Of a DNA stretch of 64,000 nucleotides, positions 45,911 to 57,846 are shown one piece after another; position 1 is the stretch's first letter; the number at the start of each line of letters is the position of its first letter. The DNA is taken from the NCBI GenBank assembly GCA_052055015.1, contig JBQJIT010000015.1; one strand, given 5' to 3'. Under the pieces are notes generated by a model. The model saw nothing but the letters and a program-made list of their open reading frames with translations. It had not been told where the DNA came from and searched no databases. The position numbers were made by a program, and so were the translations under genes. This DNA comes from Malassezia furfur. Lineage: Eukaryota.

Positions 45911-47830
45911 CTACTCCGAAAGGGACACTGGATTAGCCATGGAGACATACTCAAACTTCCAACAAAGGTCAGAATAAGGCGCTGGCGCAGCTCGACAATG
46001 TCTTCGGGGACCAAGAAAATCAAGGCGCCCAATTTGCGAGCAATGCTGATGGCCAACTTGGCGTTAAGTTTGCACTCTTCCTCGGTGTCGCCGCGATGTA
46101 CCATAGAGTAGTCGACGATACCCTTGCGCATGGTATCGAGCAAGTCCAGGAAGAACCTAGCATTCGACAGGCTCGGGTCGCGGAACGAGCGAACCATCGA
46201 GGTCTTGCCCGCCGCCTTGAGCCGGTTGTTGGCCCACTGGAGGATCTCTGTATCCGAGACCGATTTGCCGCTGCGGGAGAGCTCGGCGAGCGTCTTGGTG
46301 ATGTTCATGCGCATGATCTGCCACACGAGGCCGAGTGTCAGCGTCTTGGCGCCGTCCGTGATATCGGCGCCCTGGATGCCCACCAGCTGCAAGTGGTTTG
46401 CGCGCGCAATTTCGAGGACGTAGTTGGTGTTTTCAACCATCTTGAAACGTGACAGCTCCTGTCCCTCCTTAGGACGCGACACCCGCTTCCAGTTGACCGA
46501 GCCCGGGGCCACCTTGTCGAAGGCCTGCACCAGGATGTTGCCGTCCTTGAGGTCCTCGAACAGGTGGAATACGCCCGGCTGCACGTCCAAGCTGTTGAGC
46601 CACAGCGTAAAGACGCGCGCCTCACGCTCGCCCTCCGCGTCAAAGTCTTCCACGTCGAGCGGCGGCGCATCTTCCACCGGGTCCAGCGACGGCCACGTGT
46701 TGAAGAGCGTCGCGACAAACGCCAGATTGAGTTTGGGGTTGCCGGCAATCATCGATCCGGGCGTAAGGTACTTACGGCACCCGATCGCATCGGCACGTTG
46801 CAGCACCATCTCGGCGCGCGTCATCAGGTCAGGCTCCTGGAGCGGCCGTTTGTCGCAGGCGTCCGGCTTGATCTGGTTGAGCAGGATGGTGTAATTCTCG
46901 CCATCCGACACATCCTTAGAAAAGTTAGACACACGACGCCCCCACTGTGCGGCCTTCAGGTGGTAGTTAAACCAGCGCAAGAGGATTTGGTCGGGCGGCA
47001 GCTTGAGGAAGTCGTCGAGCTCTTCGCCGTCTTCGAGCAGGCGGAACAGTTCAGGGTGGTGCTTCAAGTCGATCTTGCTGAGCAGTCCACGGCGCACGAT
47101 CTGCCAGATCAGGCCCAAAATCAGGTGCTCACGCCCATCGGTGAGATCCTGCGCGCCGATATTCACGACGCTGCACCCAATCGCTTTGGCGGACTGGATG
47201 ACGACGTTGTTGTTCTCAGTCATCTGGAAGTTGTTGGGCCCCTTGCCTCCCTTGCCAAAGTTAAGCGCACGCTCGTCGATCGTATCCGGCACCGCGTCGT
47301 TGATCAGCTTGCTAAGAATCAGACCATCGCGGCACTCGTCAAACAGCTGGAACGTGTCGGTGGGGATGGGGAGCCGAGCGCCGATGTGCGTATCGCCCGC
47401 AAGGCTCATGTTGATGTGCCGTGTGAACTCAGAGCGCTCGTCCTCATTGATCGAATGCTGCGTGGACGCATTGCTGCCGCGCACCGTCACACGACCCTTG
47501 TTCACAACGCCGGCTTCGGCATTGCTGCCCTTGCGGAGGCGGGCGATGAGCTGCGTCAGTAAGGTAGCATACATCAACATAGTCCTCGACCTCGACGCGC
47601 CCGCTCGCGTCCAGGTTGACGTCCTTGAGCGTGGCACGGACCTGGTCGTAGGAGGCCTTTTCGAGGTCTTGCACCTCCTTGACCACCACCTGGCGTTCCA
47701 AGCTGCCCTTCCCATCCACGTCCATCTGGTGGAACTTGTTGATGAGGGACATCATCTCCTCCTGGGAGCTGCGTTAGCCGCGTGCGACGCACAATTGCGG
47801 ATATTTGCGCTGCAGTTTGATGGCCTCCAT
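45911..47830 (-). CDS. SAC6: Fimbrin; introns 47769-47792, 47551-47572, 45928-45950
   Basis: EF-hand N-terminus (MEAIKLQRKYPQFSQEE) and four CH domains (EFTRHIN, LILGLIWQI, LLRWFNYHL, FTLWLNSL, AISIARKLGA). Confidence 0.96.
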
Positions 47831-47927
47831 CGTGGGGCTCGTCGCACGGACGACGTTCCGTGTGTCCACGTGACTGTTCAAAAGTGGGCGTGCTGCCGAG
47901 GGACCACGACGCTGGGCGAGGGGCGTG

Positions 47928-50582
47928 ATGAAGTGTAAGTGGCCGTGCTGACGCAGTCTCCCACAGCTTGCAGCTGAACAGCGTCCCCGAATGGTCGGAC
48001 CAGTACATCAAGTGCGTATGCGCGGCTAACGCAGTTATCAACACCTCAAGAAGCTCATCTACTCGTTTGAGCGTGCGCAGTACACTGCGAACGACGCCGA
48101 GTCCGGTGCGCACCGTCTCGAGAGCGAGTCGGCTTTGCTACTCGATGCATCGCCGTCCGATACGGATGCTTTGTTTGTGCCGCATCTCGATAAGGAGCTG
48201 CGCAAGATCGTCGAGTTCTACTGCCTCAAGGAGAAGGAGCTGGCGGACGACGTGCGCGTCGCCCACGACCACGTTCGTCTCGCAGAGGAGGAATATCAGG
48301 CGTACCCTTCGGGAGGCGAGTCGGACGGCGATGTAAGCGAGGATGGCGACGAAGCGGCGCACTCGCCGCCAACGCGGCGCAAGACGCCGTCGTGGTACAT
48401 GCCGAAACGGCGACGCTCGATCGTGAGCCAAAGCGACAGCGAGGCGCAGCACGCGCAGGGCACCTCGCCCTCTACCTCTACCACGCTTCTACCCGCGTAC
48501 AAGGGGTGGATCAAGACGTTTGGTCGGCGTGGTTCGTTCCGTCGCGGCCGTCGCGCATCGGCAAGCGTCGACCACCGCGCGGATACCGACGTGGCCGGCG
48601 CCGGGGGCACGAGCATGGGCGGGAGCAGCATCGACGAGGCAGGGAGGTCCGTGTGGCTCTCGATGGACGAGTATGCGATCGATGTGCGCATCACGCTCAA
48701 GCGCGAGCTCACCGCTCTGTACACGTCACTCTCGGAGCTGCAAAAGTATACTGAGCTCAACCTCACAGGCATGGTCAAAATTCTCAAAAAGTACGACAAG
48801 ATTACCGGCAGCCAGCTCAAGGACCGCTACGTGGAGCAGGTCGTCAAGGTCAAGTACCCGTTCCAACCGCACGCACATGCACAGCTTGACGCGTACCTCG
48901 CCGAGGTGCTCCAGCTCTACGCGACCGTCGCGACGCGCGGCGACGTCGAACAGGCACAGACACAGCTTAAGGCACAACTGAGGGAGGAGGTCGTGTGGCA
49001 GCGCAACACGGTATGGCGCGAGATGATCAACATCGAGCGGCGTGCGCAGGCGGCGTCGCTCGAGGGCGGCGGCATCGGCACGGCGGCCGGCGACCTGCTG
49101 GCCAAGGAGGCGCTGCCCCCACGCGTGCTGCACACCCCGTGCGGCGACGTGCTGCTGCCCGCCTTTCTGACGACGGGCACGTTGCAACTGTTTGTGTCGC
49201 TGGTGCTGTTTGTGCTTCTGCTCAAGAGCCCCGCGTTCCGCGTGTTTGACGAGGTGGAGGTGCAAAACTGCTTTGCCCTGCTGGTGCTGTGTACCTGCCT
49301 GTGGGTCACCGAGGTGATCCCGCTGTTTGTCACCTCCTTCCTCGTGCCACTGCTCATTGTAACGCTGCGCGTCGCCCGGGTCGAGCACGATGGCGAGCGG
49401 CGGCGCATGACCGCACCCGAGACGAGCAAGTGGGTGTTTCAACAAATGTTCGCGCCGAGCGTCTCGCTGCTGCTCGGTGGCTTTACGCTCGCCGCGGCGC
49501 TGTCTAAGTACGGCATCGACAAGGTGCTCGCAACCCGCGTGCTGCGCCTCGCCGGGACGAAGCCGAGCGTCGTGCTGCTGGCGCACATGCTCGTCGCATG
49601 CTTTGCGAGCATGTGGATTTCCAACGTCGCTGCGCCCGTGCTCATGTTCTCGCTGGTGCAGCCGATCCTGCGCAACCTGCCGCCCAAGTCGCCGTACGCC
49701 ACCAGCCTGGTCATGGGCATTGCACTCGCGTCCAACATCGGCGGGCAGACGTCGCCGATCGCCTCGCCGCAGAACCTCATTGCGCTTGAGTACATGAAGC
49801 AGCCGATCGGCTGGCTACAATGGTTCTCGATCACGATTCCTGTATCGGGCGTGTCGCTGCTGGTGCTCTGGGCACTGCTTCTGTGGTCCTTTGGAAGCGG
49901 CAAGGGCGTCGTGATCAAGCGCATCCCCGAGCCGAGCCATGCACTGGACAAGACGCAGTGGTTCATCTCGGCGGTGTGCATCGGCACGATTGTGCTGTGG
50001 TGCGTTGAGCGCAAGATCGAGTGGATTGTGGGCGACATGGCCATTGTTGCAATCGTGCCGCTTGTGTGCTTCTTCGGGACGGGGATCCTGACCAAGGAAG
50101 ACTTCAACAACTTCCTCTGGACCATTGTGTTCCTCGCGATGGGCGGCATTGCGCTTGGTAAGGGCGTCGACTCCAGCGGGCTGCTCTCGGCGCTCGACCA
50201 CTTCGTGCAGTCGCACGTCGAGGGGCTGCCCCTGTACCGCATCCTCCTCTTTCTCGTCACCACCGGACTCGTGGTCGCGACCTTTATTTCGCACACCATC
50301 GCCGCGGTGCTTCTTGTGCCGCTCGCCGCACAAATCGGCGAGAATCTGTCGCAGCCGCACCCGCGCCTGCTCATCATGGCGACGGTGCTCACCGCAAGCG
50401 CGGCCATGGGGCTGCCCATCTCGGGCTTCCCCAACATGACCGCCATCAACCTCGAGGACGAGGTGGGACACCGCTACGTGTCGGTGCGCACCTTTTTGCG
50501 CGTCGGCATCCCGGCGAGTCTGCTTGCGACCGCGGTGATCAGCAGCGTCGGGTACGCCCTCATGTCGCTGCTCGGTCTGTAG
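47928..50582 (+). CDS. SPX-domain low-affinity phosphate transporter (Pho87/90/91 family); introns 47935-47956, 48012-48034
   Basis: Spliced MKFSHSLQLNSVPEWSDQYINYQHLKKLIY (SPX start), KILKKYDK, SMWISNVAAP, SPIASPQN, SGFPNM. Confidence 0.93.
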
Positions 50583-50612
50583 GTGTCCTTTCGCGGGGTA
50601 TATATGTACAGA

Positions 50613-51953
50613 CTAGGTGCGCGTGTGTCGGTGCGCGAGCCAACGGCCCACCACTTCGAACGAGCCGATCATAATGCCACACGACGGCGCAACCTTGGCA
50701 AGGCGCGGTGTCAGGCCACGGAACACGCCTGTCACGCCCTCGGATGCGACGATGCGGCGCAGCGTGCCAAGCATCGCGTTCGTGGGCTGCGGCGCGCCAG
50801 GGGGGTATCGGTGGTTGCGTGTCTGCGTCTCGGCTTGCAGGCGCGTCTTGACGAGGTCAAAGGGATGCGTGAGGAACGCGGCGACGCTCCCGCTCGTTGC
50901 GCCCACACCAAACGAGATGCCAAACTCTTGCCAAAACGTCGACGTGTGGCTCTCGCCGAAGCCCGCGCCGGTAAACAAGTACTTGCCGCCCTCGTAGCCG
51001 GTGAAGTAGATTGCCGAGAAGGGCACATCGCGCCATAGCGTCGCAGACAGCCCGCGCCACAGGACGCTAATGCCTTTGGTCTGTACGTCGCGGTACAACG
51101 GCTCGAGTACGGAGGCGAACGACGAGCGGCCATGCGACGCCTGCAGCCGCGTGCGCAGCAGCTCGAGCGGCGTGACGAGCGTCGCGGATACGGAGCGCGA
51201 CAAAGCGCCTGACACCAGCGATGCAGCCAGCACCGGCACACGGAACGCGCTCTTCGGCGCCTCGTCCAGATCGTACGGCATGCCCCCGGGAATCTCGGGC
51301 ATACATATTTCGTTCTCGTCGAACATCGACGGCACCGTCGTGATCGGTGGCGCGTCCAGCGACAGCAGCAGCCGGCGGAACGCGTCGTAGCACGTCATGT
51401 ACGTCACCTGCGACGGCACCGTCATCGCCACGGTCGGCACCAGGCCGCGCCACAGGCCACGCCAGCCTTCGGCGCGCAGCACCTTGACGATACCATCCAG
51501 GATGCCGTGCATGCGCTGCTCGTGCAGCAGCGTTTCGACCTCACACACATGTGGTGTGCACTTGCCGGGGTACACGCACGCTGCCTGTCCGTTGGCCGCG
51601 AGCGTCACGGGGAAGGTCGACACGCGGTACGACGCCGAAGCGCGCGACGACCACAACGAGAGGGAGCTGCGCTGCTGCTGCGCAGGGCACGCATGTATTT
51701 CGTGCGCCACGGCACGGGGAGGAGGCGATGACTCGGTCGGAGCCTCGGCGTATCCAGCGTACCCGAGATCGTGCTGCGTCTGCAGACGGGTCTTAACCAC
51801 ATCCAGCGGCGTCACTGCGTCAGGAGGTCACGTACTCAGCACAGACGTCGTGAATGCGCCAACAATCGCGGCAATGGCCCGGTCCGTATGTGACATGGTG
51901 ACATGCACCGGCCCATCGTCCTGGCCGCCACGCGGCTCGGACTGCTGCGACAT
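50613..51953 (-). CDS. MTM1: Mitochondrial carrier, Mtm1/SLC25A39-40 family; intron 51815-51835 (alternative start 51995)
   Basis: Three PxDxxKxR signatures (TPLDVVKTRLQ, TPLELLRTRLQ, HPFDLVKTR), a Cys-containing insert in loop 1, and WRDVPFSAIY. Confidence 0.85.
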
Positions 51954-52056
51954 GTTCGCGACTGCCAGGGACGCGAACGGTGCGGTGGCGAACATCCGCC
52001 GCGGCCTTTTAACGAGCTTATGTAAGAAGGGCCGCCTCCACCACGCGCCCTGGCTA

Positions 52057-53826
52057 TCAGATAGGCAAATCGGCCCCCGCGGCGCCCGATGCTTCGTCCG
52101 ATGTCGCCGCGGCGCGCCGCTCGGCACGCCGCCGGCCCTTGCCTTCGCGCCACTTTTCGTTCTTGGCACTCGCTGAAACGTCGCGTGGGCGGCGCACCAT
52201 TGGCGTGTACTTGGTCGTAGGGCGCAGCGCGCCGTTGCCCAGCGGTACAAGCTGAGCACGCGGCGCCTGCGGCGTCACCAGTGTCGGTACCGGCAGACGC
52301 GGCGTGCGCGACACCTCGAACGACGTGGATGCGGGCAGCGTCGTCGTCGCAGTCGTCGCACTGGCAATCGTAAAGTGACGCAGCAGCTCCGCATGAATCG
52401 CCTCGCGCGTCCACTGCGCGTGCAGATTTGCCGTCGCGCGCAGCGTCGGCGTAAAGTCGAGCGCATCGCTATGCACCGCGTCCATCGCATCGTTCGCACA
52501 TGCACGCCATTGCACGTCATCCTCTCGGAAGCCACACTCCCATAGCATCAGCGGGCGGTCCGCGGCCATCTCGTAGCTGGGCTTCGTCTCGTACACAGCC
52601 AGCGTCTCGCTCACCTTCGGCAGCAAACGCAAGCGCGTGTAGCCGGGCGCATCGTCGTCAAGCATTGCGAGCGCCTGTGCCCGGTCGTGTGCCGCAGCCC
52701 CCGTATGCACATTCACAAGCTCGTCCACAATCGACGGGTCCTCGAGGCGCGCACCAACCAAAAACAGTACCGCCATAATGTTGCGCACTTGGTGATACAG
52801 GAATGCAGAGCCGCGCAGGTTCAACACGTACATCGACTCGGTCGCCTCGGTGTCGGGCATCACCACCGGCAAATCCTGTGCCGTTGGCCACCCGATCGGG
52901 ACCGCGTCGATCGTCGCGCCATCGATGCGGCGAACAAAGTTGGTAATCTGCTTGCTTGCGTCAACTTTGCACAGATTGCGAAAATCGTGCTCACCAAGCA
53001 GCCGCGACGCCGCATCGCGCATCCGTTCCACATCCAGACGATTTGCAAACTGCGAGCCGCTCCCAGGCTGCCAAGCCAGCGCACTCGGCGCTCCTAGCGT
53101 GAAAAAGTACTTGTAGTGCCGGTAGGTACAATCAAAACGCGCAGAGAAATCCGCACGCACCGGCGACCATGCCTGGATCCGGATCGACGGTGGCAAGAGA
53201 CGGTTGAGTGTCGCGACGTAGGGCAGTTCCTCACCAGAACTCAGGCGCTCGGGGGCAGGCATCTCAGCAGCGCTCCCCGAAAAGTTTCGCAACGCCCGTT
53301 CGTCGACACATCGACTGCGCACCCATAACGCAATCACTTGGCCTGCGGCACTCACGCCCGCATCTGTGCGCCCACACCGGCTCCAGCCTGCGCCCTCCAT
53401 ACCCTTTTCCGGGTCCACAAGTCGCGCCGTACACAGCGCCTCCCAAATCGTCTCTTCCACGGTTGGAAGCGGCGTCACTTGCTGTGTCTGCGCGGCGAGA
53501 CCCGAATACCGGCTTCCATCGTAGCAGAATCGCAGTGCAATCTTTCGGCACGGCTGTGCAGAAACATCGAATGGACGTGGCGCTTTGGCTTTGGGCTTGG
53601 CCTCCTCAGTCTCTTCCGAAAACGCGCGCTCGGGTTCTGGCACTGCAAGGTGTGCCGACGACGCCGACGCCTCCAATTGCGCGATTCGTCTCAACAGCTG
53701 ACTACGGGTCCAGTCACCGTAGCGCTCGTAGGCGGTCATGATATGCGTTGTAGGGCCAGTAAAGTAACAACGACCTGCGCGAACCCCTCGTACACAAACT
53801 CCCCACGCCTTTGGCGCTCGAAGCAT
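52057..53826 (-). CDS. DEG1: tRNA pseudouridine 38/39 synthase (second in-frame ATG 53739)
   Basis: RKIALRFCYDG, RCGRTDAGVSA, FSARFDC.YRHYKY, GEHDFRNLCK, GSAFLYHQVR. Confidence 0.93.
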   Translation of the reverse strand: MLRAPKAWGVCVRGVRAGRCYFTGPTTHIMTAYERYGDWTRSQLLRRIAQLEASASSAHLAVPEPERAFSEETEEAKPKAKAPRPFDVSAQPCRKIALRFCYDGSRYSGLAAQTQQVTPLPTVEETIWEALCTARLVDPEKGMEGAGWSRCGRTDAGVSAAGQVIALWVRSRCVDERALRNFSGSAAEMPAPERLSSGEELPYVATLNRLLPPSIRIQAWSPVRADFSARFDCTYRHYKYFFTLGAPSALAWQPGSGSQFANRLDVERMRDAASRLLGEHDFRNLCKVDASKQITNFVRRIDGATIDAVPIGWPTAQDLPVVMPDTEATESMYVLNLRGSAFLYHQVRNIMAVLFLVGARLEDPSIVDELVNVHTGAAAHDRAQALAMLDDDAPGYTRLRLLPKVSETLAVYETKPSYEMAADRPLMLWECGFREDDVQWRACANDAMDAVHSDALDFTPTLRATANLHAQWTREAIHAELLRHFTIASATTATTTLPASTSFEVSRTPRLPVPTLVTPQAPRAQLVPLGNGALRPTTKYTPMVRRPRDVSASAKNEKWREGKGRRRAERRAAATSDEASGAAGADLPI

Positions 53827-53847
53827 GCACACCGACCTTTTTCGTGA

Positions 53848-55444
53848 TCACGTGTTGTGGAGTGCACGGTGGAGGATGTCACTTTCTTGCAGCGCGTGGA
53901 GGACCACGCTGCAAAGCACGGTGGACTCGGCCTGCACGCCCGTTGCGTCATGTTCCAAGATTGCTCCTGCTTCATCATCATGCGTCGCTGCATAGTTGTT
54001 TTGTAGGCGCATTGTGCACAGATGCGCAAGACACTGGCGTGCAAGTGCTGTAGCCGCTGTCGGCTGTCGCTGCTCGACGTCGATGGCCCGTGCGTTAGCA
54101 AACACTTGGTTGACCAACAGCGACCATCCCTTGATAGGAGTGCTGCGGCAAACAAGTACCGCGCCAACAAAAAAGCGCCACAAGCACCAGCTTATGCGCC
54201 CCGTTGCATCGAGGAAGAGCGGTCGCTGCTGATCGCGTGGGGACTGCAACGATACGAGGGCACTCTCTGCAAACGCCTCCGTCGCCGAGTGCTTGCCCGT
54301 GGCATCAACGTGTGTAGGGGTATGCGTTGAGTCCATTGAAGCCAAAAGCAGGGTCAATCCAGGCGTATGGGTATCTTGTGCGGGTGTGTAGGCCAGAAAG
54401 TGGGCTAAGGTACGCTCCAACTCTCGGCGATCAGAGGGCAAGTCGGGCGACCAACTGCAGCGGTCGTTCAGGGTTTTGCTTCCCAGGACAAACCCATACT
54501 GACAAAGAAGCTCGGCATTGCCTAGCTCTCCATATGTATTGATCAGTTCCTCATCGGTGTCGATTTCCTCAACGCAGCGTACGTCGACCGTGTTGGAAAT
54601 CGAGGACGATATAACAGCATGGCAGCTGCCTCGATGCTGCACGCCGCAATACATGCAGACATTTTCCTCTGCTTCGACATGAACATTGTGCATGTCTGTG
54701 TGGTTAAACAAGTCCGCAATGGGTACCATGCATAATCTGAGTGAGAGTCAACGCACGTACCCATGAAAGACGTTCACCACGAAGGCACGACTCGAAACCA
54801 GGGTAAATGCATCCACAAAATTATCAAAAGACAACTTGGAACCGATATTCTCCAGGGTGCTAGCACTGTACCGGTCCCAGTATGATTTCAGCCGCCGCTA
54901 CGTTAGCAGCACACTTACTAAGGAACACCCCGGTTTTAGATTTTTGTCGGCATCCCAAAATTGTGAGGCGCGTTGTACGTTGCGCCATGCCTCGGTCCCA
55001 ACAAACCATACATTGCCTTCCCAGTGCAGAGGCCAACATAATGGAAGTGAGACATACTGGGGGAGGCTCTGGATGTACCCATAGAATTTTGATGCCTTCC
55101 CCAGATGCCGCTCATAGCATAGGCAAAGTGCCAGGTGGAGCGCATCATCTTTGCATTCTGAAACGGCCATTTTGAAGCTGTCACTCTGACCGAGCGCGCT
55201 GCTCCTGGTCGAATAAAGTGCACCGCTAGGAATCCAGGCCACTGGGTTAATATGCGCGCGTACCGACATCGTTTCGCCCGATTCTTTCTTTCGCGCGCAC
55301 GGTCCATGCGCCCGGGCTTGCATTCCATTCAAGGTCTTCATCCATTTCAAGATCTAGTGGCACTTGGACGACCGCTATGCGATCGTCAAGGACCACGCCT
55401 TGTTCTTCGCACCATTCCAGCAGAGTTGCCAAGCGCTGATCCAT
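53848..55444 (-). CDS. SET-domain protein lysine methyltransferase (Rkm3/SETD6-like); introns 55242-55263, 54898-54918, 54737-54760
   Basis: Spliced product has VSSRAFVVNVFHGLCMVPIADLFNH, ELINTYGELGNAELLCQYGF, YGYIQSLP. Confidence 0.85.
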
Positions 55445-55497
55445 TGGTAGGAGCGGGGTATGTGGAGGCAAATGGGCACATTTTCGTAGCTGCGACC

Positions 55498-55941
55498 ATG
55501 TCGTCAAGTAAGACCGTGTATATTGGTGCGTGTTCGGCTTAATGTACAGGCGGAATCGACAAGGACACAACCGAGGAACTCCTCTACCAAGCTTTTGTGA
55601 CCTTCGGCGAGATTAGTGACATTCAGCTGCCACGCGTCTCGGAAGGGGGTAAGTTTTCGACACTCACGCAGCATCCGCAAACCGTGGGTTTGGCTTCATC
55701 ACTTTCTCCCAAGAAGAAGAGGCCGAGGACGCGATCGATAACATGCACCTAAACGAGTTCCGTGGCGTACGTTTAGATCTAATACAGAACGTCATTACGG
55801 TCAATGCAGCGAAACCCCACAAAATTCAGACCGCCGATCCCTGGCGACCTATTTGGGAGACCGAGGTACGTTTCGACACCAACGCAGGAATGGATCAAAG
55901 AATACGGGGCCACACATAAGAGCGAAGATGATACTCGGTGA
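55498..55941 (+). CDS. Stand-alone RRM protein similar to the cyclophilin E (Cyp33/PPIE) RRM; introns 55526-55549, 55649-55671, 55767-55787, 55866-55887
   Basis: Spliced MSSSKTVYIGGIDKDTTEELLYQAFVTFGEISDIQLP..NRGFGFITF..AEDAIDNMHLNEFRGNVITVNAAKP..PIWETEEWIKEY. Missed by the ORF track. Confidence 0.85.
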
Positions 55942-55986
55942 TATGGTGATAGTGTTGCACAGGTGGTATACTATCGATTATGGATA

Positions 55987-56761
55987 TTACAGAAGGCGAT
56001 GGATATTGTCATTCTCCAGGTCCACCAGCGTCTTGGCATCGTACTTTCCATCTTCACGCGGCTGGTCGAGAAGCCTCTGCCACCACTTGAACAAGAACTC
56101 GTTCACGATGAGCTTGAACCACGGCGTGAAGGCCGACGCTGGGTGAGTAAAAAACGTACGATCCAGTTCGTTCATGAGTGTCTTGAGCTCCTCCATCGAG
56201 ACCCACTTCACGTCACACACTTCATTAGGGTTCACATTGAGCGTAACAGGTGTGGTCAAGAAAAGGATATAGTCGACTGTGGTCAGTCGGACAAAGCAAC
56301 ACACCTTCGTGTTCACCCCACAGCCCATCACTAGGCGCCATGTAATGGATGCGCGTGAGGAACTGAATGTCTTTCACATTTACTTGGTCCAAAGCAATGC
56401 CGAGTTCATGCTCGAGCTTCCGCCGCGCTGCGTTTTTGGCACCCTCCTTGCCGTCTAGTTCGGAACGCACCGCCAGCGGGTGAGAGCAGCAGGTGTTCGT
56501 CCACATATTGGGGAACGTGATTTTCTCCAGAGCACGGCGCTGGAGGAGCAACTTGCCCGTCGACGGGTCGAAGAGGAACATGGAGAACGCGCGATGCAAG
56601 AGGCCCTCGCGAATGTTGGTCATCAGGTGGCACTCTTTCTTGCTACCATCGCGCACATAATTGTCGTCGTTGTCCACCACAATGCAGCGCTCCTCCATGA
56701 GGCGGATCTGCTCCTCATCATGTCCCTGAAGAGAGACGTCTTCAGCTGGCGCACCGTTCAT
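55987..56761 (-). CDS. IDI1: Isopentenyl-diphosphate delta-isomerase; introns 56277-56304, 56139-56159
   Basis: [40 protein letters not shown]. Confidence 0.96.
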
Positions 56762-56864
56762 GATCGCGAATCCTTCGTGAGAACGTCGTGCCGTAATCAG
56801 GCGAGGTGAATGTCACGTGCATCCACGGTATGTGTCGTGCGCGCCTAGGCTCACCTTCCTAACC

Positions 56865-57820
56865 ATGGCGTCGAGCACGGACACAATTGACGTCCATCCC
56901 TGGGTCCATCCTGAATTTCGGCCCGGAGATGTCGATAAAATTATCTCGGATGTTGGTGCGTTTTTAGCTAATGCCTAGATCGTTACAACCCCCAAAACCG
57001 CGGCGTCCTGTTGGAATACCTCAACACACAACTGAAGAACGGGACATACGACGCCTTGCCAAACTTGGCCATCCTGAAACTGTACGTACCACACCAAGCC
57101 GGCACCCAGGATGAAATTTTTTTTGTCAGTTGTGAGCGTTGTGGACTCGAGACCCACGCGCGCAGGACGTCTTGTTATTAGCTCTAGCTGAGGCCGCTGG
57201 TTGTTTTGCCAAGGACATGCTGACCACAGCTTCCAACTCAACCCGAACGAGTTCGATTTTGATACCGCTATATATATCCTGGTTAAAGCGCTTATGGCCG
57301 TGCCGTTTGCCGACTTTAGCCTCTGCATTTCGCTCTTGGGCGAAGCCCCTGTCGCTACGCTCACGGCGAACGACAGCGCAAAGAGTACCGGCGCGTCGGG
57401 TATCATCATCGAGCCTGTCATCGCGCATCTTTCCACTCTCTCGACTCTGCTTTTTGAGGCTAAATTCCGCGACTTTTGGTCGTTCTACCAAAGCGCCGAG
57501 TTTGCTGACGTTCGTTCATATACCAGCAAAGCACATGGGTTTGAGGATGCCGTGCGAAAGATGGCTCTCGACAGCGTCCAAAGTACCTTTCGAACCATTT
57601 CGACGGAGCGCCTTGCAAGCTACCTTAACATGCCCGTGGCAGACCTGGAAACCTTCCTTGGGAAGCAGGCCGGGTGGTCTATCTCCAACGGGACTGTTCA
57701 CGTACCAAAAAACCCAGAGAACGACGTGAAGCCCTCCGTGGCCCGCGAGGAGATTTCGCTAGAGAGTACGTGGTACCACACTGACAGTTAGACTTGTCCA
57801 AATTACTGGCGCAGGCATAG
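56865..57820 (+). CDS. Translation initiation factor 3 subunit K; introns 56956-56978, 57082-57229, 57766-57791
   Basis: Spliced VDRYNPQN..YDALPNLAILKLFQLNP, ILVKAL..PFADFSLC, GFEDAVR, PKNPEND. Confidence 0.92.
57100..57197 (+). ncRNA. Intronic box C/D snoRNA, U44(SNORD44)-like, predicted 18S rRNA 2'-O-methyl guide
   Basis: Variant C box AGGATGA at 57108-57114 and D box CTGA at 57188-57191. The 12-nt guide TATTAGCTCTAG (57176-57187) is complementary to conserved 18S CUAGAGCUAAUA. Flanking CGGC/GCCG stem. Lies in an atypically long intron. Confidence 0.8.
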
Positions 57821-57846
57821 CACATCTGTAGAAATTATATTTACGA

